From Rotaria socialis (lineage: Eukaryota): DNA of 64,000 bases. The notes below the pieces were generated by a model, which was given only the letters and a program-made list of their open reading frames with translations, searched no databases and was not told the DNA's origin. Within the stretch, counting starts at the first letter, position 1; the number at the start of each line of letters is the position of its first letter. The position numbers were made by a program, and so were the translations under genes. The DNA is taken from positions 186,001-250,000 of the forward strand of contig CAJNYD010000459.1 of NCBI GenBank assembly GCA_905331295.1, in the 5' to 3' direction. Below, in pieces: positions 13,166-30,700 of the stretch.

Positions 13166-14641
13166 ATGAGTCTTTGGTGTGATAAATATCAACCGAAAAC
13201 TTTTAATGAACTTCACTATCAATTAGAACAGGCTGCATTATTGCAAGCCGTTGTAAATAAATATTTTCTTCTAAAATCTCGTGATATTTCCATAGATGAT
13301 TTAGGTAGCTGACGGTGATTTTCCTCATTTTCTAATCTATGGTCCTAGTGGATCAGGTAAAAAGACTCGTATAAAATGTTTACTTCATGATCTATATGGT
13401 GATGGTGCACAATCTTTACGTATTGAAAATCATGTATATGAAACACCATCACGAAGAAAAGGAGAAATAACTACAATTGGAAGTAATTATCATGTACAAG
13501 TTAATCCAAGGTCGATGTCAAGAATTTAATTATTTGTATTGAATAAGAACGAATGAAACCTACTTTTTTTTAGCGATGCAGGTATATATGATCGTATTGT
13601 TATTCAAGAATTAATTAAAACAATTGCACAAACAAAAGAAATAAATATCAACGAACAGCGATCATTCAAAGGTATACTAATATTGGTACAATTAATGCAA
13701 ATATTGATCTATTGAATTCATATTTATTTTAAAGTGATTGTAATTATTGAAGTTGATAAATTAGCTCGAGATGCTCAACGTGCTCTCCGTCGTACAATGG
13801 AAAAATATATTAGTTCATGTCGAATTATACTTTGTTGTAATTCAACATCGCGTGTTATACCAGCTATTCGAAGTCGATGTTTAGCTATAAGAATTGCTGC
13901 GCCAACGATTGACGAAGTTTATTAGTTTACCTATATCTATTTTCTTAAATGAAATCGTCGTCTATCTAGATCAATGGAGTTTTACAAAAAGTAACAAATT
14001 TTGAAGGCATTCAGTTACCAATTGATTTAGCCAATCGTATTTGTGAAAAAGTCAAAGAAATCTACGAAGAGCTTTACTAATGCTTCAAACATGTGCAACA
14101 CAAAAGCAAATATTTCATTTTCTAAACGAGCAAATGGAAAACTAAATTTTGCTTTTCTTAGACTTCCATTAACAACAGATCAGCAAATACTTGAGCCGGA
14201 TTGGGAAGTATATTTACGTGACACAGCACGAATGGTCGGTGAAGAACAAACACCTCAACGGTAAAAATCGTCTTCTCTTATGCTTACATTTGAAGGTCTT
14301 GATTATTTAAGAATTTTACAAGCACGCGAACGTCTTTATGAATTAGTTGCACATTGTATTCCAGCAGAAATTATTTTTAAAGTACATTAATCTATTTCGT
14401 TTTATTCCGAATTTATATTATCATAAAAAATTTTATTCTTAAGGTTTACTGGAAGAATTACTGACTAATTTTGATAATGTATTAAAAGTAAAAATAACAC
14501 ATAGCTGCGGAGTATGAACGTCGTCTTCGACAAGGTTCAAAAAAATTTTTTCATCTTGAAGCATTTATAGCAAAATTCATGTGTGTTTACAAAGAGCATA
14601 GGCTAACCGAAGCTACTGGTATTGATGAGGAGTTTGAATGA
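13166..14641 (+). pseudogene. RFC3: Replication factor C subunit 3; last exon has an altered acceptor and a frameshift (possible degenerate copy)
   Basis: 'MSLWCDKYQPKT', Walker A 'YGPSGSGKKTRI', 'EVDKLARDAQRALRRTMEKY', 'IRSRCL', 'FHLEAFIAKFM'. Lesions at ~14441-14444 and ~14497-14503. Identity is secure; pseudogene status is less so. Confidence 0.7.
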
Positions 14642-17272
14642 TTAAATAAGTAGAAAATTTCAATTGAATGAATTTGTTTTTTGTTAATTCAAAATTAATT
14701 AATAAAAATCCGAATGTGAATATTTAAAAATATATAATGTGTGTCAATCTCAATGCATTTCAAACATATTATTTTGTAGTTATATGATTAGACGTGTTAT
14801 TTTCTAACGTTTATCGTTTAGTAGCTGACAATAACAATAATTGATTGGAAAACGTCGGTCTGTAGAGATTTCATAACAAGTGCTAAATTTCCTGTGCTAT
14901 AATGTCATGACATTTTGACTGAATGAATGAGAGTTTATCAGAAAATAATAAATCACGATGGCCTTTCTTTGCAGTGTAAAGTGTTGTACAATTCCTTTGC
15001 AAATGAACATATCAATGTCAGCTGTCTAATTTTAATACTGTCTTCCTTAATCTATTTTTCCTTGCACCAATTTTTATTTATCTGATATTTCGAAGTTAGA
15101 CTTTATAGACATAGTCCTTTAGTATTCATTTAGAGAATAAAGAATTCTTTGATTAGTGATGAATACTGTTCCGAGTCTATCATTTTATTAAAAATAATCA
15201 TTGTAACAATCTTATGAATTTACAGTTAGTACTAGAATATCAACAAGGTTTATTTGTCAAACACGTAATTCAATGTGTTCTTTCGAATGACATCAAATTC
15301 AATGTGAAACTAGATATATGTTAAATCCACTTTAATCAGACAATTAGTTTCAACACTCAAGTTGTGTTCTTATTTAGTGATATTTGGCAGTTTTCGAAAA
15401 GAATAATCTCAGTTCGATTTACCAAACAAATGATATTCGTAATCAGAACATTTACTTTAAGTCTGCTGAACTATACAGATGGTAAAAGGAAACAATGATA
15501 CAAGGTTTTTTTTTGCAATACTCAAAGTTACCGTGGACGTGAAAATATGAGTTAGCAAAACGTTGTAAAATAATCGAGATTTAATGTTGATTGTGAGATT
15601 AATAAAATTAAGATCAAATATCGTTCAATCCAAGAATTTTATCTATTCTATCATCCCTCATACTTGACTTTCAACAAACTGCTGTTGTAATTGAAGCAAC
15701 TATATTGCACTGATCAGTTTTTAGTTTCACTACAAAGTGATGTAATTCTATACTTTAAAAATCGGTATCATGCATATATGATACATATTTTACGAAAATT
15801 CTATGGCTGTCTTTTATGCATTTTTTCAATTGAGATCACTAGTCGAAATCACATTGTTGGGAGTTCTAATTATAATGAAAGTCAATGTAATCAATGAATA
15901 AAATTAGTACTAAATGATATACTAAAATATTTGATTCAGAAATAAAATTACTTAGTGTGAATTGTTTATTAATATTAATGATGTTTTTGATGATTGCAAG
16001 AGCACGAGATTTACTTGTATGGCATCATGTTTTTGCAAGTACGAACGAATCGAATTTATATGATAGTTTTACACTAGATCAACTTAAAGTTGAAATACTA
16101 AAAGTACATCAAATAACCTAGATTTTCAAATGCCACGTGTTTTTATTCATTTAATAATGACTTAGAATCATAGTTCAAACCTTGAACATACACATGACGC
16201 AAGGTTTTTTCTCAAAACATGCTAACATCAGGCAAACCTTGAATAGCGACACGCAACAACTATATTCATAGAGTTTGACATTTACGAAATGCATATGAGT
16301 ACTTTTCATAATGTAAAAAAATATCGTTCAAATAAAAAGAATAATAAAGAAGTACCCAAATAATAACTGTTTCAAGCTAATTGGAAAAACTTATGTATAT
16401 ATATATCGTATCATGATAGGACGATTACGATAATTAATTTTTTACTTAATTTTATTTAAATGGGTATTGATGAGATTGAATGTATTGATTCGTTAAACAA
16501 CAGTGCATAAAGATCAAATTCATATGAACAAAAACCACCGCTATTCTATCGAACATTTTGAATTTTTCTCAATAGATAAATATTGAATGATACTCAATCA
16601 TACCATTGATTTTGAGAATGTGGACGTGGCCCCTCTCTCTCTCTCTCTCTCTTGACTTATACCCATCTACATCCTTTAAACATGACCCATGTTAGTTTAT
16701 GACTCATATAATATTTGTTACTACATTTGATTACAAAAAATATTCGTTTGAGTGGGCAAATTTTCAACTTGAAAAATTTGAACCTGATCAAAATATATAC
16801 AAGAATTGCCGAAACATTGCAGAGAAATTATTGAGAAGAAAATTTTTTCAGGAGCACAATATTGATTTCTCACTATTTTCATAAAAAGAATAGAATTCTA
16901 CTAACATTCTTCATTGTGAATACGAAATAGCATTACAGTAAAACCAAGTTAATACTTTGATCATTGAGAAAATCGTTTATTTAAAACTAATATGCAATAG
17001 ATGTTAATCTAATGCATACTCTTATCAATAAATTCATGTGATGGTATAAATATTTATTTAAGAAAAAATAAAAACGATCGAAAATATGACATAAGATAGC
17101 TTCATGCCATTGTTTTTTCGCACGATATGAGAAAATCGAACATCTGTATAGAATATGTTTGCACTTTTTTTATATAAAAAAAAGCCATCAACAAGTTTGT
17201 TCCATTCCTCTTTTTTGCCTTTTAGAAGCGAATTTCGAAAGAAATTAAATTAAGAGAAATTAACAAAATAAA

Positions 17273-19101
17273 ATGTTATTCGCCTGTTTAAGTATTATTT
17301 TAGCTTGTGGTAAGATCTTTTCGGTAAGGGGCTCCTTGTTTATAGTCACATATTTTGAGTAGGTGTTGCGTTTGGAGACGACTATGAACGAAATCATACT
17401 CCAGCTGAACGAATGAAAATTTTGGTAAAGATATTCGATATTAGTTGTCTAACTTTCACTCTTAATGGTTAGGGACCTTTGGCTTCTGCTAACACTCGTT
17501 TAGCATTCACCTGTCCAGCATTAACTGCATCGGCAAAAAAACCAACTTCAGGTTTCATTTTCTTTTAACATAAAATTTTTCATTCGTTGATGAATGATTT
17601 TTATTGTAATTGATTTTAGTTCATGCTTTACGGCCAGCTGATATTCAACATATAGCATCGATGGGTGACAGTTTAACAGTATGAAAACCAATAATATATG
17701 ATAGTAAATTCTTCTGGACATATTCTAGGCAGCAAATGGTGCCAAAGCAAAAACAGTGAGTGGTGTTCTAGTCGAATATCGAGGTGTTTCATGGAGGTAA
17801 AAACAAAAGTTTGTTCCTCAATTAGTTCTGTAATTACCATTCAAAATTTTAGTATTGGTGGAGACGACAATCTTCAAACAGTCGTCACCTTAGCCAGTAT
17901 ATTTATTCGATACTTTTAATCAATGAAAACATTGTTTTTTTCTCGCCGAATATTCTAGATATTTTGCGACAATATAATCCTTATTTAGACGGCTATTCGC
18001 GAGGATTTGGTAATCGAAATTCATCAAAAGCTGGTTTTAATGTTGCTAGAGCTGGTGCTGTTTCTCAGTGAATTAAATTAAAGATTAAAAATAACAAGAT
18101 ATATTTAGAAGATCTTGTTTCATATATATTACAGGGAAATGCCAACTCAAGCAAATATGCTCGCTGACCGAATGATTACTGCACTAGGTGCTGCAAAATT
18201 CGCTTCAGATTGGAAATTAGTTACATTTTTTATTGGTGGTAACGATCTGTGTAGTTATTGTAAAGCTACAGTATGCTGTTATTGTTGCATATCTTTATAA
18301 AATAAAATTGTTTATTTTTGTATTGTATTAGGACCGATTAAGTGCAGCTAATTATACAAACAATATCAAAACGGCATTAAATATTTTGAAAGCTCGAATG
18401 CCTCGTACTATAGTTAATTTAGTAACTGTTCTAAATGTTGCTGAACTTGAAGATTTACATGAAGGTGTTCGGTGTCAAACATTACAAAAGTAAGATCAAA
18501 TGGAGAACAATTGTTCGAATAATTTTTGAATTTTATAGCTTCATGTGTGATTGTGCAGTTGATCAGAAAACACGTGAAGTAGTACGCGTAGCAAATCTTG
18601 AATATCAACAAGCAACAAATGATTTAATTGATTCGGGTATCTTTGATACATCAGATGATTTTACTGTTGTTCGACAACCATTTATGGAACATATGGCAGT
18701 ACCTCTTAAGGTACAAACAAAACAGTTTTTCAAATACAGCTGGCTTCAGATAAGCTTCTTGTTTGTTTTTCTTGTATTTTAGAATGATGGTACAGCTGAC
18801 TTCTCATATTTCTCACCCGATTGTTTCCATTTCAGTCAAAAAGGCCATGAAGCCGCTGCTATTGAACTTTGGAATAATATGGTTAGAATAGTCCATGAAG
18901 TTATTTGAATTATTTATTATATATTTTATTTTGCAGATGCAAAAAGTTGGCGAAAAGACAACAAGCTGGAATCTATTGGGTACACTTGCTTGTCCACCTG
19001 CTGTACGATAATAATAATCGTTTTATTTTGTTGATTGATGATAATCATTCTTATTTGTTTAGGGAAATGGATATATCTACACGTCAAAGAACAGTGCTTG
19101 A
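17273..19101 (+). CDS. Secreted phospholipase B1-like GDSL/SGNH lipase, multi-exon
   Basis: Signal peptide; '[20 protein letters not shown] / AANGAKA', 'EYRGVSW / SIGGD', '[15 protein letters not shown]', 'FTVVRQPF', '[17 protein letters not shown]...LWNNM'. Confidence 0.9.
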
Positions 19102-19353
19102 TTTAACACAAAACTTTCATTGATCATTTGATTTTTGTTTTCTCTATCAATAAATAAATGCAAATGATAGAGCAATACATTGACCGTTTAAATGTTTATT
19201 TGATATTGATGCTACGAATAGTGTGAGGGTCAACGTGTCAAAATGAATGAACAAAAAGAAAAAGAACAGATACATATAGGAGATATGATTTAAGGAAAAA
19301 ATATAGGTTCATTCAAGTATTTATTCATTCGCGAAGAAAAGAAACTACGTAAA

Positions 19354-19749
19354 ATGCGACATTATCTTATTTTTATCGTGTTTATCATTTTCTGTTCATC
19401 CATCAATGCGCAATCAGAAGATAGTTCAACAGTATATACTATTGCTCAAAATGTTACTGAAGAAAAACCAACATTTGCTACAATTACTGAATATAACACA
19501 GCCACTGGTCAAAGCACTGAACAAAAAACAAACGATCAAGCTAGTATGATGTATACAATCTTAGACCCAACAACTTCTATATCGAACATTAGCTCGACAA
19601 CAACTGTTTCAAATAAACCACATCTATTTTCATATGTTGAACCGCCACCGCATCCACTTGGCTATTGTGTTCTTTCATTTTTACGTTGTTCAAAAATTCG
19701 TCGTTGCTGCAAAGGACCATGCGATGGCAATTCATTGAGATGTCCATAA
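19354..19749 (+). CDS. Single-exon secreted protein: signal peptide, Ser/Thr-rich stalk, C-terminal six-Cys knottin-like motif
   Basis: N-terminus MRHYLIFIVFIIFCSSINA. C-terminus CVLSFLRCSKIRRCCKGPCDGNSLRC = C-x6-C-x5-CC-x3-C-x6-C. AATAAA at ~19851. Confidence 0.75.
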   Translation: MRHYLIFIVFIIFCSSINAQSEDSSTVYTIAQNVTEEKPTFATITEYNTATGQSTEQKTNDQASMMYTILDPTTSISNISSTTTVSNKPHLFSYVEPPPHPLGYCVLSFLRCSKIRRCCKGPCDGNSLRCP

Positions 19750-21053
19750 TTCAAAGATATAACCACAGAGCACAACAGCATTCTATTGCTTTTTTCAATT
19801 GATAGAAGCTCTTCACTGATATACTACTTACAAATTGCTTTTAATTATATAATAAATTTCAATTAATCGAGCAGATTTTCCAATAAGAAAATTTGTGACT
19901 AGAATATTTGAAGTAATCCGAAAATCGCATAAAACTTCAATAAATCGAATTAGGATAAATGCATTTTCCATGTTTTACAACGAGTTTTTGGGTGAAAATG
20001 TTAACTGTAGGACTTGACTTTTTCTGAAAATTAGTTCAGTTTTACTGATCGAGAAATTCATCATACTTTCACTTTATAAATCCGTTATTTCGATTCAATT
20101 TTATTTTGTTAAATCTGAAACACATAGTAGTGCAATACAAAAGAAAGTTTCAAGTACAATATCTGTTCCTAGCTGAAAATGGCCTGATTTACAGAAAATT
20201 GAAAAACTACATGTTCTTATTGATCTCATCAAGTTCTATACAATTTTCATTGAGCAAAAGAAGAAGAAAAAAAGCTTATTGTTAAGTTTTATATATCTGA
20301 CACTTTACGGACTTTTTTTGACGGAGGCATATGATTGTGATGACATCAGAAAAATATGAAAATATATGGCCAAGTTAATTTTAAAAAATACAATAATATT
20401 AATTATCAAAAGTTTGCTGTAATGCACGTACAACTCTGTTGAATTGGTTATTGATCATGTTCGATGGATACATTGAAAAAAAACAATCGAAATCAATTGT
20501 CTATACTCACTTCACTCATGATAAAAAAATTACAGCTGAATTAAGAGAAAAGATATCGCTTTATAAGGAATAAAATGCTTTGTCTTAATTAATGTAAGAA
20601 TTCGTGTATTGCATATGTAATGCTTGTTGATTCAACATGAATCCTATCTTTCAGACAAAAAATGTATACAATCACCTTTCAACAGCTAATTATTTACATA
20701 TAAAACTATATTTGTGTATCTCATGCTGGTGCTTCATGTGGGTTTATTGATGGCGTTAATTTTATTTTACAATTCAACAGATTTGACAATCCTATTTCAT
20801 CGATCTTTGAAATTCGAAATACTTTTGAAAACTATTTGTCCTCTTAGATATTCTCACCTCACTCGATTGTTAAAGTTAAGTAGAATTATAAGGTACGTCT
20901 TTTTGCCAAACAAGAATACTCAATTAACCTTTGATGATTAGCGCCATCTATGATATATCTATTCTATTCACGTATTTGACTACCAGTATAGTATAAACAA
21001 AGAACAATATTGATTTGTTTTATTGGTATACAAAATATTATTTTTAAGATAAA

Positions 21054-23773
21054 ATGGCAACTCGGACATCAACTCGATCAACTAAAGCGGTCAAATTTGT
21101 CGATTCAGCTGAATCAGACGAAGATGAAGACTTAGATAAATCCTCGGTATTACCAATAAATAGTGTTAGTAAGAAACCTCGAGGTCGACCACCGAAATCT
21201 CGTCGAAGTCAGCCAAATGACGATGAAGAATGGGACGGAGGAAACGAACAAATCGATGAAGAAGACGATGAAATTCACGAAGATCATAAAATTGATATTG
21301 AACGAGATGTTACGAAAACCATGCATATGAATAGATCAACAGATTCCGTTTATGATTTTGGGTAAAGAAAAATGGAAGATTTTCTTATATAAATTCATGT
21401 GTTCTTTGTTTTTGATTTCGATTTAAGTGAAACATCAAGGAAATGGACGAAATCTACACCACAAAGGAATAATATTGTATCGAAAGCAAGTGTTAGTGAT
21501 AGCGGAAAAACGATGGAAAAACTGATGTGTTCGTATTGGTGAGTTGCTTCTAATCAAAAATTAGTATTTTATTTAACAAAATTATGCTTAGTAATTATAC
21601 AACAACGAAAAAATATCTTCTTCAAAGACACTTAAAATCTCATTCGACTGAACGACCACATAAATGTAAAAGTTTCAACTAGAAATCAAGCGAAAGCAGT
21701 ATGTATTTATTTTTTCAGGTGCATATTGTGATCGATCGTTTAAAACAACTATTCAATTAACTAATCATGTTAATACGCATCTGGGTGTTAAACCATTTCA
21801 AGTAAAAAATTTCTTCAGCAAAACATTCGATATACAATACATTTTTTATTTTTTCATTAGTGCAAATTTTGTGCGTTTTCATTTACAACAAGTGGAGAAC
21901 TGATTCGACATGTTCGATATAAGTAGGAGTATTCTTTTTCTTTTTGATTTTAAACAAAACTATTTCATTTTTCTTTGTGTTAGACATACACTGGAAAAAC
22001 CACATCGATGTGAAGAATGTGGCTATGCAACAGTTGAATTAAGTAAACTACGACGACATATTCGTACACACACTGGAGTATGATTAATAATGAATCATGA
22101 TAATTTTAATGTTTTTCTTTTGTTAATATGTAAATAGGAAAAGCCCTACGCTTGTCCGCATTGTTCGTATTGTAGTCCGGATACGTTCAAATTAAAAAGA
22201 CATTTGCGTGTGCATACAGGTAAGACGAGAGGTTTTCTAATGGGATAAAAATGTTTACCTTTTACTTTCTAGGTGAAAGACCATATCAATGTACAATTTG
22301 CAATTTTCGATTTACCCAAAGCAATAGGTAAGTTCATAGAAAAGATTCCGATGGTTATCAGTTTTTCATTGATTCGTTTATCTTAAACTGTTACATTTTG
22401 TTTTGTTGTGATTAAAACGATGACTCACACTCCCCTTTATTCAAATTGCAGAATGAGTAAAAATGATTGCCAATCGAAGTTAAGCGTCAATAAAGAGACA
22501 ATTATATAAAATTATGTTTGTCATCAATTTCTGATATAAGGTCCGATGCCTTTCTCGCATTGATCGAAACGCCTAGTACAACTATTCAACGGAAAAACGA
22601 TTTCTAATCGCATGTCAATTAATACGATAGATGAAGACTTTATTGATTAATTATTATTTTAGTTTAAAAGCTCATATGTTAACTCATCAAGCTGAAAAAC
22701 CATCATTTCCATGTTCGTATTGTCCATCTGTCATGGCTCGAAAATCTGATCTTCGTTATCATGTTAGTAAACAACATTCCCGTCAATCAGAACCATTGCC
22801 GTGTAACAAATGTGATGAAGATTTTCCTGATAAGTATGTTTCGCTTCGTTCAAGCTAAACTAAAAATTATAAAGAATTCGAAATTCTAGATATACATTAC
22901 GTATGCATGGAAAAACACACAAAGGTCAAACAATTCATTCGTGTACTAATTGTGAATTTTCTGCTAATACAAGTCAGCAATTAGAAGATCATATGAATAA
23001 ACATCGTGGCACTCGTCCATTCCAATGTAGTGAATGTGGCTTGATGTTTGCTGCTCGCGCTGATTTACGTGCACACATTACACGTACGCATAAGAATGCT
23101 TCAGCAGCAATCGTAACGAATCCACCAACGATTGGAAATCGTCGTCCACAACGACGTGCAGCATCATTACAACATCGTTATATTGGTATGTCATCAGGTC
23201 CTGAAGATGAAGAACAACAACATGAAGAAGAAGACGGTTATCATTGTTCAATATGTCAACGACAATTTACATCAGCACGTTTATTAGATCGACATACATT
23301 TGCTGTACATGAACAAAAACATGATGTATATGATGAAAGAGATTATCAAACAAATGAAATAAATGAAGATGACGTTCACGATTATGCTGATGATGAACTT
23401 GAAGAAAAAATCAATCATAAGATTATTAATAAAAATGAAAATATTGTTGAAGGAATGGAAGAAGATGATTATGATGAAGAAGAGGAAGATTTAGCACCAC
23501 ACGTTGAAGATATTGCTGAAGGTGATGAAGATATGGAACAAATACCGACGATTAAATCAGTATCATCAGCTAATAAAAAACAAATTGGAATAATAAGAAA
23601 ATCTGATGATCAGGAAAGTTTCTCAGATAAAAGAAAGTTTAACATTAATAGAAGTATGTTATTTTAAATATGAAACTTTTTTTTTTCTATAATATTTCTT
23701 TTATTTTTAAGCTACATTCATACCCAACGAAGATGAAAAACCCGACTTAGATGTATTCGGTTTTGATGGATAA
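21054..23773 (+). CDS. CTCF: CTCF (multi-C2H2 zinc-finger insulator protein)
   Basis: Finger array '[29 protein letters not shown] / [73 protein letters not shown] / SLKAHM', 'RKSDL..H', and the N-terminal 'VYDF' cohesin-binding motif. Confidence 0.93.
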
Positions 23774-24124
23774 TTTGCTTGTTGTTTTATTTATATATGT
23801 ATTCACTTTTTTCTTCTTTCTTTGTTTATATCCATTATTAGCTATTTTTTGTCTGTCTTGTTTATTAGATATTCATCTCACCGTATTCGTTTATGACGCT
23901 TATTTTGCGTGTAGAATTTTCTTTTGTTTGTTTGTTTGTTTGAGAGATAATATATTATTGTATCCGAGATTGAACTTTTTTTTGTGAGAACATCAATCCA
24001 GAATGAAATTATAATGAATTATAATGTTTATATTGTAGATTTTGTTGAAGGATCGATCACTGTGATATAATATCAATTCATTATACGAAGTAACTTGAAT
24101 CTTTTCATTTTCTGTCCTTTTTAG

Positions 24125-27481
<3,357 letters not shown>

Positions 27482-27706
27482 AAACGTTTCAATACAATGC
27501 AATATTAAATATCTTTCGACTGACATATAATTTGTTTTTCTTTTTTATTATTATTCATTCCTTTCTTTTCTTTTCGATTACACTGCAGAATAAAAAAAGA
27601 GCATGAATTTTGTTATAAATAAGTGTAATTATCTGTTTGTTTTTGCTTCGCTTGTCTTTAGATTTATTTACTTTTCTGATTAAATAATGTTGCTGCTACC
27701 GTTAGG

Positions 27707-30700
27707 ATGAGTTCAGCCAATCCTTTTCTTTCATCAACAGCTTATCACGCTTCGAATGCTCGATATGCTAGTTCACAAACACCATCAACATCGACATCAT
27801 CTTCATTTAATATTCTTTCGACTAGTGTTCAACAACAATTAAATGATTTAAATTCTACACGTTCATCTACATCTTCTTGCTCAACATCTCATTGTTTAAG
27901 TAATCAGTGTATTGAATGCACAACCATACTTTCAACAAGACCCTCACAATCAAGATGTAATCTGAATTCTTATATTGATCAATCATCAAATTCGCCTCAG
28001 TACGATTAAACTATGAGACACATACGAATCGATATAGAAAAAAATATATATATATATTTTTTTCTATTTGTTTAGTTTTGTACAAAATTGTTCGTGTGTA
28101 TCAAATTCAACATTAGACACTCATTCACAAATATCAACTTTTGATGATCAGCAATCAACAAGAATTTTATCTATGAATATTCCAGTCGATAATAGTAATA
28201 ATAATAATAATCATCGAAACGAAAATCCAATAAATTCTTCGTCATTAAATATCGAAATTGAAGAAGAAGAAGACGATGATAATGATCAAAGGATTCATTT
28301 ATTAAATGAATATAATGATCAAAATGAACAATTAGAAGTTTTCGTTGGTTTCTATCGGCCAGGAGAATATCAACGTGAAACAATTGAAGATGATGACGAT
28401 GATGATGACGCTAGTAAAACGAGCTATAAATCAGATTCGCAAAAAAAAGAAGAACAGGTTTGTTTAACACAATCTTTTTTGTTTTTAGATAGTCCCATAC
28501 TACTTGGAAATTTCATATGATAGGATTCTAGAACTACTAGAATAAATAAAAGTTCATCCTTTACTGATAAAAAGTATTGAACAGGTTCATTGTTTGATAG
28601 TCGTACAAAATGATAAAAAATATAAATTTCATGTATTATATCAGTTGGTCTTTCATTGAATAGAGCACAGGTACATATATTGGAAACAAGCATAGTTTAT
28701 TTCGTACAATATTGAGAAGTAAACGTAGTCAACCATAGACGACTAGTATCGTATTTCTGCATCTAGACGATCGAACTTTTCATTGCATAAACAAAATAGA
28801 ACACAGATCATCTTTTTTAACATGCAGTTATTACAAAATTTTGTTCAAGCGACGATGACTTTAATCGTAGTATTCCTCCATCGAGTTTTTATTGAATTCG
28901 CACAGGTTTTTTTAAGTAGGTTTCCTCAACATAGAATTGATTATTATAACTTTGAATTGAAATATAAAGATAAAATTTCATTTAATAAATAAATTCATAT
29001 TTTCTATTTTAGTCAACTCGAGAATTGATCAGTGATGAAGATGAAGGCAACGAAGATCAAGATTTTATTGATGAAGATCTATGTCCGAATCAGGATGATG
29101 ATAATGATCAACAACAAGCAGATGATGACATAATAAATGACGAACAATTGAATCCAAATATTCCTAATAATGATCATCAACCGTTTGAACAAAATCCATT
29201 TCCCATTGTTATTGTGCAAATAGATGAAGATGAAGATCAAGGTTTCGGTGCACAATTTAATGATGATTGTCAATCAAGTGACGATGAAAATAATCATTTA
29301 TCAACAATATCATTAAACAATGATAACAACGAAAATGAAAATGAATTAATCTATACGAAAAAGAAACCTCTACAGCATTCACAATCAGATTCAGCATTAA
29401 ACAAATGTCAATATCATACATTTTTTTCTTTACCATCGTTATCGATAAATTCACGAAGTCGATATGAAAAAATCGAACATATTATTATTGATGATCAACA
29501 GCCAACAACAACAATGTCGAATTTAATTATTAAAAAGAAACAAAATGACGATAATGATTATTTATTTTTACGAAAGAAAAAACTTCTAAGAAAATCATCA
29601 GAAGAAATTATGGTAGTATCAAACGATGACTCGCTACAGGTAAATATTTTTTAAAATCATCCTTTTTAGTTCTATTTCAAATTGAATTCGAAGGCCATTG
29701 TTGATGAAGCTGTTCGTGCTGTTGAACGTCATGTTATGCTATGGAATGATGATCATGCTCGACAAATAGATAATCTATCGTCAATACAACAAATTGTGGT
29801 ACAGAGATTTTAGAATTAAATATAAAAAGTTTTTATTCGTTAATAATTTTAGCAATACTTTCAACTGAATATCGATATTAATCTTGATCAGCAATCAAGA
29901 GTGCCATCAATTAGAAAAGAACTATTACTTGATTATCTACAATATAGAAGTGAAGCTGGTAAGAAATGGAGAACTTTAAAACGAAATTTTCGAAAACCTT
30001 TGGTTTCTGATAGGTAATGAATACGATAGCTGATATTCCTAGAGAGAACTTCTTCTTTAACCAATAAAACGAATTGATTCGACTTAAGATCTCCGTGATT
30101 GTTTTGATCGATTTCATTACTCAATGTAGACTTATCAAATGATCATCGATGAATCGGTCACTTTAGCTACATCTTTTATAAACAAAAGCTTCTTGTTTCT
30201 TTCAGTTTTAGAAAGGACAGATATTCAGTCAAATAGTAATGAGCAGATTTTATTTACGATCTCATTTTTTTTAGCATGTGAGTCGTATATTCTCAGTAGT
30301 CAAAAAGTTCTGCTGATTGAGGTAGACTCCGTTATCAAAATAAACCATTCTACTGTATAGAGAACAAAGCGTATTTTTGTCATTTATGATAGATATGTCT
30401 GCAAATGATTTACATGAAAATCTTCTTCAATATCCAGAATTTTCTTCTCAAATCCATAGTCGATTTTTTCCATTTTGGCCACCACGAGATGTTGATTTAT
30501 TACAATGGCTTTCTCATTGGATTAAACAAGGTAAATGAAAAACTTTTCTAGTCAAATAATTCTTATCTCCTTTTTCTATTTGCGTTAGGTGCTCTACCTA
30601 TTGCAATAATGAATATAGATCATCATAATCAATCTCAAAAAATTAATCTTTATAGTAAACTATCATCTTGGCAACATCGTATAATATATGGTATTGAACC

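Noticed and set aside
15880..16110. Coding-like stretch 'ARDLLVWHHVFASTNESNLYDSFTLDQLKVEILK' ending at a GT
   Set aside because: Isolated, with stops upstream and no partner exons or identifiable family.
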